In this document: piece by piece, positions 43,096 to 48,272 of the stretch
Position numbering within the stretch: position 1 is the first letter of the stretch
How the letters are laid out: every line of letters starts with the position of its first letter
Assembly: GCA_037131755.1 (NCBI GenBank)
Contig: JBAXQJ010000006.1
Span: 1-48,272, forward strand
DNA length: 48,272 nt
Direction: 5' to 3'
Source: a bacterium
Lineage (GTDB): Bacteria > Patescibacteriota > Minisyncoccia > Phycocordibacterales > GWA1-40-21
The notes under the pieces: model-generated
The model's database searches: none
Told to the model about the DNA's origin: nothing
What the model saw: the letters and a program-made list of their open reading frames with translations, nothing else
Position numbers and translations under genes: made by a program

Positions 43096-43452
43096 TGTTT
43101 GAAATTGTAGTTCATCAATGGTGCATATTTTATTCTCCAACCTTTTGGAGTCAATCAGTCTTATTTGTGACAAAATGACTTTTCTGATTATTTTGTCACC
43201 TAAATCTATATCCTGATAAAATTTCCCTTGTTTCAATTTAGTGGTCAGAGGAACGCAAAGAAAGACATTCTTGCTAAAACCTTTGATGATGAGGATAGGT
43301 CGAGAAAATTCCTCGCCCTTGCCATCTTGTTCGAAACCGATATTTATCCCCAATGAACACCACCACACTTCCCGTTCGTGATAAAATTTATCTTCATTCT
43401 TATGATGAATGACTTTTTTACTTTCATTCCACTTGTCAAAATCTTTTTGCAT
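43063..43452 (-). CDS. PemK/MazF-like endoribonuclease toxin
   Basis: EREVWWCSLGINIGFEQDGK, RPILII, VPLTT, SQIRLIDSKRL. Confidence 0.88.
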   Translation of the reverse strand: MQKDFDKWNESKKVIHHKNEDKFYHEREVWWCSLGINIGFEQDGKGEEFSRPILIIKGFSKNVFLCVPLTTKLKQGKFYQDIDLGDKIIRKVILSQIRLIDSKRLENKICTIDELQFQTIKQKITRLIG

Positions 43453-43587
43453 AACAACATTCTACCAAATCTCCTCAAACTTATCCACGCTTAGAAAAAG
43501 GAATTCAATCCTAAACCAACCACTTTTTGCTATTTTTAAAATTAAGAAAAAATTAAGAAATAGTCAAATAGTCAAATTGTCGGATTA

Positions 43588-44439
43588 TCAGTTCTTGAGG
43601 CAACGCACGGAAAAGCCGAAAGACTTAGAGAGCGTGCCCCGGCCGACAGTCGCGTAGCCGGAATTCAGGGTACGGTCCCAAGCGGAAGACCCGCTCTGCA
43701 ACGACTCCCAAAAGAGCCCGTTCGCCCCTAAGTAAGCAAAAGTGCCACTAGTCTCGCGGTCGCCTGCAAGCAAGCCCCTGAACAATCCCACGACATTTTT
43801 CAAAGTCGTACCCTCGTTGGTACCGCGCCAGCCGGTAGTGACGGAATCATAAGGAAAATCCGTAGCACAAGAACCGGAGGTACAAGTAGTCCTTTCCAAA
43901 AGGGTAAATTCGTTATGGGTTGGTATATGCCAACCGGTCGGGCAGATACCTTGGGCGCCTTCGGTGACCGAACCGCCCATCGCTTGATCCCATTGGTATA
44001 GTCCGCCATAGGTGGTACAGCTGCCTTCGTTGTCGCTATAGCAATATTTTTGAATCGTGGACGTGCTGGTATTCTGAGTGACGCTTCCATTGATCCTGGT
44101 TCCGACATTTAAGTTCTGCCCCATCCAGCATTGCGCGCCGATAAGGACAGTGGTGTAAGTCTTGCCGTCTCGAGTATCCAAAAGTGGCGATCCGCAAGCC
44201 CAGGAAGAGGCGGCGGAGAGAAACACTTGGCCGTTGACCGTATCCACAGTGACATTTACCGCCGAAGCTATTTTGGTGGAGTCGTTATAGCTGTCCGTAA
44301 CCGTGAGCGATGTCAGGGCGTAAACAATGCCGATGCCGATTAAGACCGACAGCGTGCCACCGGCAATGACATAAAACAAAGTCTTCGGCAGGAGATTGAA
44401 GCTGGATATTTTTTTATGCAAATATTTTATTGCGTTCAT
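43588..44439 (-). CDS. DGR target: membrane-anchored Fibrobacter succinogenes major-domain (FISUMP, CLec-like) protein
   Basis: TM helix; DTRDGKTYTTVLIGAQCWMGQNL, YGGLYQW, GICPTGWHIP, GFSVRCLKN; VR at the 3' end. Confidence 0.9.
   Translation of the reverse strand: MNAIKYLHKKISSFNLLPKTLFYVIAGGTLSVLIGIGIVYALTSLTVTDSYNDSTKIASAVNVTVDTVNGQVFLSAASSWACGSPLLDTRDGKTYTTVLIGAQCWMGQNLNVGTRINGSVTQNTSTSTIQKYCYSDNEGSCTTYGGLYQWDQAMGGSVTEGAQGICPTGWHIPTHNEFTLLERTTCTSGSCATDFPYDSVTTGWRGTNEGTTLKNVVGLFRGLLAGDRETSGTFAYLGANGLFWESLQSGSSAWDRTLNSGYATVGRGTLSKSFGFSVRCLKN
43589..43777 (-). repeat. DGR variable repeat (VR)
   Basis: Encodes the last ~62 aa of the target; 10 aa differ from the translated TR. Confidence 0.95.
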
Positions 44440-44589
44440 TTTTCTTATAATTTTTATGCATTTATAAAACCTTTCCCTAAGTATACCAATATTTGCCTAC
44501 TGCCCGCAACTCTTTTTCGTTTCGATTCCGATTGAAACTGTGGATAACTGATACTTCCGAGTGTCATCCCCGAGAAAGTATGGATGACG

Positions 44590-44630
44590 GACTTGGCCGG
44601 GTTTTTGTCTGACAAAAACCCGGCCAAGTC
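44590..44630. repeat. Perfect 20-bp inverted repeat with 1-nt spacer
   Basis: gacttggccgggtttttgtc-t-gacaaaaacccggccaagtc. Confidence 0.85.
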
Positions 44631-44718
44631 ATCATTTCACAACCAGTTGACTCTAAACATAAAATTTGGTATAATCAAAGAAAGTAAAAACCTCGCCTCT
44701 GGCGAAGAAAGGATCTTT

Positions 44719-45087
44719 ATGAAGTGCCATTATCTGCTTTTGGTTGTTGCTTTGGGTTGTTTTGTTCACAGTGGTTGTGACAACGACCGCAACGCCGGCT
44801 ATCACGAAAACGACGGATACTACTACGGGAATACGGATTACCCGCGGTATATCTCTGTCGAGGTCAACAACTATTCGTCCGGCATTGCCGATGTTTATAT
44901 CGGCGACGCCTATGTCGGAAGTCTAGACTCGGGGCGATCGACTTCTTTCTCCAAGAGCCTGTATGGCGGAGAAAAGTTGCGGCTCAAGTTTGTGATCGCT
45001 GGCAGCAAGGAAGTGTACCTGAACTTTGACGATGATTACCAGAATTATCACGTCAACCTGTACAACGACCACGCTGAACATTTCTAA
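44719..45087 (+). CDS. Putative lipoprotein
   Basis: MKCHYLLLVVALGCFVHSGC signal with a lipobox-like end; SD GAAAGGA; promoter TTGACT...TATAAT. Confidence 0.65.
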   Translation: MKCHYLLLVVALGCFVHSGCDNDRNAGYHENDGYYYGNTDYPRYISVEVNNYSSGIADVYIGDAYVGSLDSGRSTSFSKSLYGGEKLRLKFVIAGSKEVYLNFDDDYQNYHVNLYNDHAEHF

Positions 45088-45143
45088 GCCAGGCCTGCGG
45101 AGGAATGGTGGGCGCGGAGGAGTAACATCCCCCGCGCTTTTTG

Positions 45144-45292
45144 TTGTTTAAAATAACGAGGCGTAACCGCCGACTATATTTTAAACAACCCCGTTGAAAT
45201 TTCACGGGCAAGAATCTTTTTGTATAAAGACGAAAAATTTAGTAAAAAATAAGTGTCAACCGACAAACTCTCTCCCAAATTTCATCTGGGGT
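45144..45292. repeat. Composite repeat unit, copy 1 (62-bp exact repeat plus IR-bounded segment)
   Basis: 45144-45205 is identical to 45999-46060. Confidence 0.85.
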
Positions 45293-45298
45293 ATTCTA

Positions 45299-45327
45299 GA
45301 TTCCTGCCTCCGCAGGAATGACAGAAT
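45299..45327. repeat. dRS3/REP-like palindrome, copy 2
   Basis: gattcctgcctccgcaggaatgacagaat, with a compensatory pair change relative to copy 1. Confidence 0.7.
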
Positions 45328-45423
45328 AAGAGTCATTACGTCATCATTGACATAATAAAATATTGAGTGTATAAATATCCACGGATTTGAATAAAAGCAA
45401 TACATATAGAAAGGCGGTTTGGA

Positions 45424-45960
45424 ATGTTCAATGAGAAAGTCCTGCTCGATATCCTAAATTCTTTCGAGGTTGATACGCATACCTGGGGACAAGGTGATGC
45501 GAAATCAATCACGAACCTGTGCGAAGAAATCAGTAAGAAAGAGACGGTCCTGCAGATCGATTCGACCGGCCTCTTCCGGATCGTCCGGGTGGTGAAAATG
45601 TTGATCATTGATCACGACTTGGGCACCCTCGTCGAACAGTATCAAATACTGCCCGATGGACGGAAAAGGGTCCGGAACATGATGCCTGGCGGGAAAGTAA
45701 TGGGCAACGAAACCCCTCTCCAGACCCTGCATCGGGAAGCCCGAGAGGAAATGGCCTGGACGCCGGAGATGTACAGTGTGAACAATCAGACTGTCAGCTA
45801 TAAGAATGACGAGAGTCCGTCCTACCCAGGACTGTGGAACAAGTATGAATTTCACTGCTTTGAACTTCGAGTTCGACCGTCCATAGTGAACGAAATCCGC
45901 GAAGGTTTCGGCCACAAAGAAAAGGATGGCACCGAGCATTTCTTTGCTTGGCGCAAGTAG
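45424..45960 (+). CDS. NUDIX-fold protein
   Basis: PGGKVMGNETPLQTLHREAREEM Nudix box; ESPSYPGL motif. Confidence 0.8.
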   Translation: MFNEKVLLDILNSFEVDTHTWGQGDAKSITNLCEEISKKETVLQIDSTGLFRIVRVVKMLIIDHDLGTLVEQYQILPDGRKRVRNMMPGGKVMGNETPLQTLHREAREEMAWTPEMYSVNNQTVSYKNDESPSYPGLWNKYEFHCFELRVRPSIVNEIREGFGHKEKDGTEHFFAWRK

Positions 45961-45998
45961 CCAGCGAAATATTTTGCGAAGGAGAAATCCTTCGCTTT

Positions 45999-46148
45999 TT
46001 GTTTAAAATAACGAGGCGTAACCGCCGACTATATTTTAAACAACCCCGTTGAAATTTCACAATCCAAACCCTTTTAATTACGAAAAAGAATTCTGGTAAA
46101 AATACAATCGCCTGCTGGCAAATACTCTCTAAAATTTCATTGGGGGTT
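45999..46148. repeat. Composite repeat unit, copy 2
   Basis: 62-bp exact repeat, then a segment ending aaatttcattgggggtt. Confidence 0.85.
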
Positions 46149-46197
46149 TACGACTAATTTGGTGAAAATGTCATTTTATGCAATACTAATCGGCAAG

Positions 46198-48272
46198 ATG
46201 AAGTTATTAATTGTAGAATCCCCCGCCAAAGCCAAGACCATTTCCAAATATTTGGATGGCAAATATGAAGTAAAGGCGAGCGTGGGCCATATCCGCGACC
46301 TGCCGAAAAGCAACAAGAAAGCCATCGACATCGAAGGCGGCTTTATTCCGCATTATGAGATCAGTCCCGGCAAGGAAAAGGTTGTCTCTGAAATCCGCTC
46401 GCTCGCCAAGAAAGCCGACCAGATCCTTTTGGCCACCGACCCCGACCGCGAAGGCGAGGCCATTGCCTGGCACTTGGCCGAGCTGATGAACGACGACTCC
46501 ACCAAAGCCAAAAATAAAATCAAAAGGGTCACCTATCACGAAATCACCAAAGAGGCCGTTGAGGAAGCTATCAATAATCCGCGCGATATCGACCAAAACC
46601 TGCGCCAGGCCCAAGAAGCGCGACGCGTACTTGATCGATTGGTTGGCTACGACCTGTCTGGTTTGATTTGGAAAAAAGTCCGCTATGGTTTGTCCGCCGG
46701 ACGGGTCCAATCCCCCGCTCTCCGCATAATCATGGAACGGGAACGGGAAATCCGCGCCTTCAACCCTGAACAGTTCTGGGTCATTACCGCCGACACTGAA
46801 ACCAATAAAAAAAATCCTCTTCCGCTCACCTGTTCCGAGGAACCGCGCGACGAGCTTTTGGTCAACAAGATCGTCAAAGCCGGTCAGACCGAAAAATGGA
46901 TCGTCTCGGACGTATCCGAAACGGAAGCCAAGCGATCCGCCCGGGCCCCTTTTATCACTTCCACTCTCCAGCAAACCGCTTCCTCGCGACTTGGTTTTGC
47001 GCCATCGCGAACGATGGGCATTGCTCAGAAATTATACGAGGCCGGACTCATTACTTATATGCGTACCGACAGCACCAACTTGAGCAAGTCCGCTCTCGCT
47101 CAGATTTTTGGCAAAATCGAGAAAAAATATGGCCATGAATATCTGCAGCCCCACACTTTTGCCGCCAAAAGCAAGAATGCGCAGGAAGCGCACGAGGCGA
47201 TCCGTCCAACCGATATCAGCAACGAAACGGCCGGTTTTACCGATGAGCAAAAAAAGCTTTACCGCTTGATCTGGCAGAGAACAATCGCCTCCCAAATGAC
47301 CGACGCCAAGATCATGCGCAGCAAGATTTCCGTCGCCATCGGCAAAGACGAAACGATTCCCGAATTCTATGCCAACGGCTCTCGTCTGCTTTTCCCCGGC
47401 TGGCTCGCCGCCGACCAGGAAGGCCAGGGTGATGATGTTATTTTGCCGAAAGTCACGGTCGGCGAAGAACTGAAACTTATCGATATCAAAACGGAAAGCA
47501 AATTTACCGAGCCGCCCGGACGATACTCCGAAGCGGGCTTGATCAAGGAGCTCGAAAAGCGCGGCATCGGCCGACCCTCTACTTATGCTTCAATCATAAA
47601 AGTGATTGAGGACCGCGGTTATGTGGAAAAAATAAACAAGGCCTTGGTACCGACCGATACCGGCGACGTGGTGAGTTCCTTTTTGGAGAAGAATTTTATG
47701 AATTATATCAGTGATGATTTTACCGCCGACATGGAAGACAAGTTGGACCTTATCGCCGAAGGCAAAGCCCAGTATCTGAAAACTTTGAAAGATTTTTATG
47801 GTCCATTTTTGAAGGATGTGAAATCCAAAGACAAGATAGACAAAGTCACCAACCTCGGCGAAGCTGACGCCAAGTACAAATGTCCGGTTTGTGGCGGACC
47901 GATGATCATCAAGCTTGGCCGAACCGGGAAATTCCTTTCTTGCGCCAAGTATCCTGATTGTTTGGGTGCGCGGAAAATAACCGGTGAAGAAATGGAGGGA
48001 CCGAAAGATACCGGCGAGAAGTGTCCAGAATGCAAGGATGGAAAACTGATGGAACGCGAAGGGCGCTTTGGCAAATTTATCGCCTGCTCCAATTATCCAA
48101 AATGCAAATTCATCAAAAAGGATGCCGAATTGGAAAAGCAAAACAGCACCGGCGTCGCCTGCCCAGTCTGCAAGACCGGGATGATGACCGAACGCCGTGG
48201 CCGTTTTGGAATGTTTTACAGCTGTTCCAATTATCCAAAGTGCAAGAACGCAATCAAAGCCAAGCCGACCGG
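46198..48272 (+). CDS. topA: DNA topoisomerase I (3'-partial)
   Basis: Translated by hand: MKLLIVESPAKAKTI, ATDPDREGE, SAGRVQ, ITYMRTDS and C-terminal Cys4 zinc ribbons; runs off the window, so it is absent from the ORF track. Confidence 0.96.
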   Translation, partial: MKLLIVESPAKAKTISKYLDGKYEVKASVGHIRDLPKSNKKAIDIEGGFIPHYEISPGKEKVVSEIRSLAKKADQILLATDPDREGEAIAWHLAELMNDDSTKAKNKIKRVTYHEITKEAVEEAINNPRDIDQNLRQAQEARRVLDRLVGYDLSGLIWKKVRYGLSAGRVQSPALRIIMEREREIRAFNPEQFWVITADTETNKKNPLPLTCSEEPRDELLVNKIVKAGQTEKWIVSDVSETEAKRSARAPFITSTLQQTASSRLGFAPSRTMGIAQKLYEAGLITYMRTDSTNLSKSALAQIFGKIEKKYGHEYLQPHTFAAKSKNAQEAHEAIRPTDISNETAGFTDEQKKLYRLIWQRTIASQMTDAKIMRSKISVAIGKDETIPEFYANGSRLLFPGWLAADQEGQGDDVILPKVTVGEELKLIDIKTESKFTEPPGRYSEAGLIKELEKRGIGRPSTYASIIKVIEDRGYVEKINKALVPTDTGDVVSSFLEKNFMNYISDDFTADMEDKLDLIAEGKAQYLKTLKDFYGPFLKDVKSKDKIDKVTNLGEADAKYKCPVCGGPMIIKLGRTGKFLSCAKYPDCLGARKITGEEMEGPKDTGEKCPECKDGKLMEREGRFGKFIACSNYPKCKFIKKDAELEKQNSTGVACPVCKTGMMTERRGRFGMFYSCSNYPKCKNAIKAKPT

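Larger units (their letters stand above)
40969..44439 (-). mobile_element. Diversity-generating retroelement cassette (target-toxin-avd-TR-RT)
   Basis: RT, Avd, TR and VR all present and co-oriented. Confidence 0.93.

Noticed and set aside
45144-46060. CRISPR array or integron attC sites
   Set aside because: There are only two repeats 855 bp apart, no cas or intI gene, and no clear RYYYAAC/GTTRRRY pairing. Kept only as an unexplained repeat.
46207-48141. Long minus-strand ORFs (255 aa, 183 aa)
   Set aside because: They are antisense shadows of topA, which is missing from the ORF track only because it runs off the window.

Overview
The window looks like a Patescibacteria (CPR, Parcubacteria-like) chromosome segment; this is inferred from gene style, and the ORFs fit standard code 11. 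The backbone is housekeeping: ackA-xfp, typA, truB, hisS, uppP, a UvrD-nuclease fusion, rpoD-dnaG, rpoC-rpoB, dus, ftsQ-like, serS, dprA and a partial topA. Short orphan genes are interspersed. Main points: (1) A complete diversity-generating retroelement (target with VR, Avd, TR, RT) lies in a ~7.6 kb island between dprA and topA. TR and VR align over 189 bp with 15 mismatches, 14 at TR adenines. (2) Inside that DGR is an orphan PemK/MazF-like gene with a convergent, promoter-bearing, tetraloop-rich antisense sRNA candidate over its 3' end. (3) A tRNA-Asn(GUU) is split at 35/36 by a 551-nt group I intron carrying an HNH endonuclease. (4) There are several unexplained structured elements: a ~145-nt promoter-driven ncRNA candidate, a repeated three-way-junction motif with covariation, and repeats flanking a NUDIX gene. 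All calls come from reading the sequence and motifs by eye; no searches were run.
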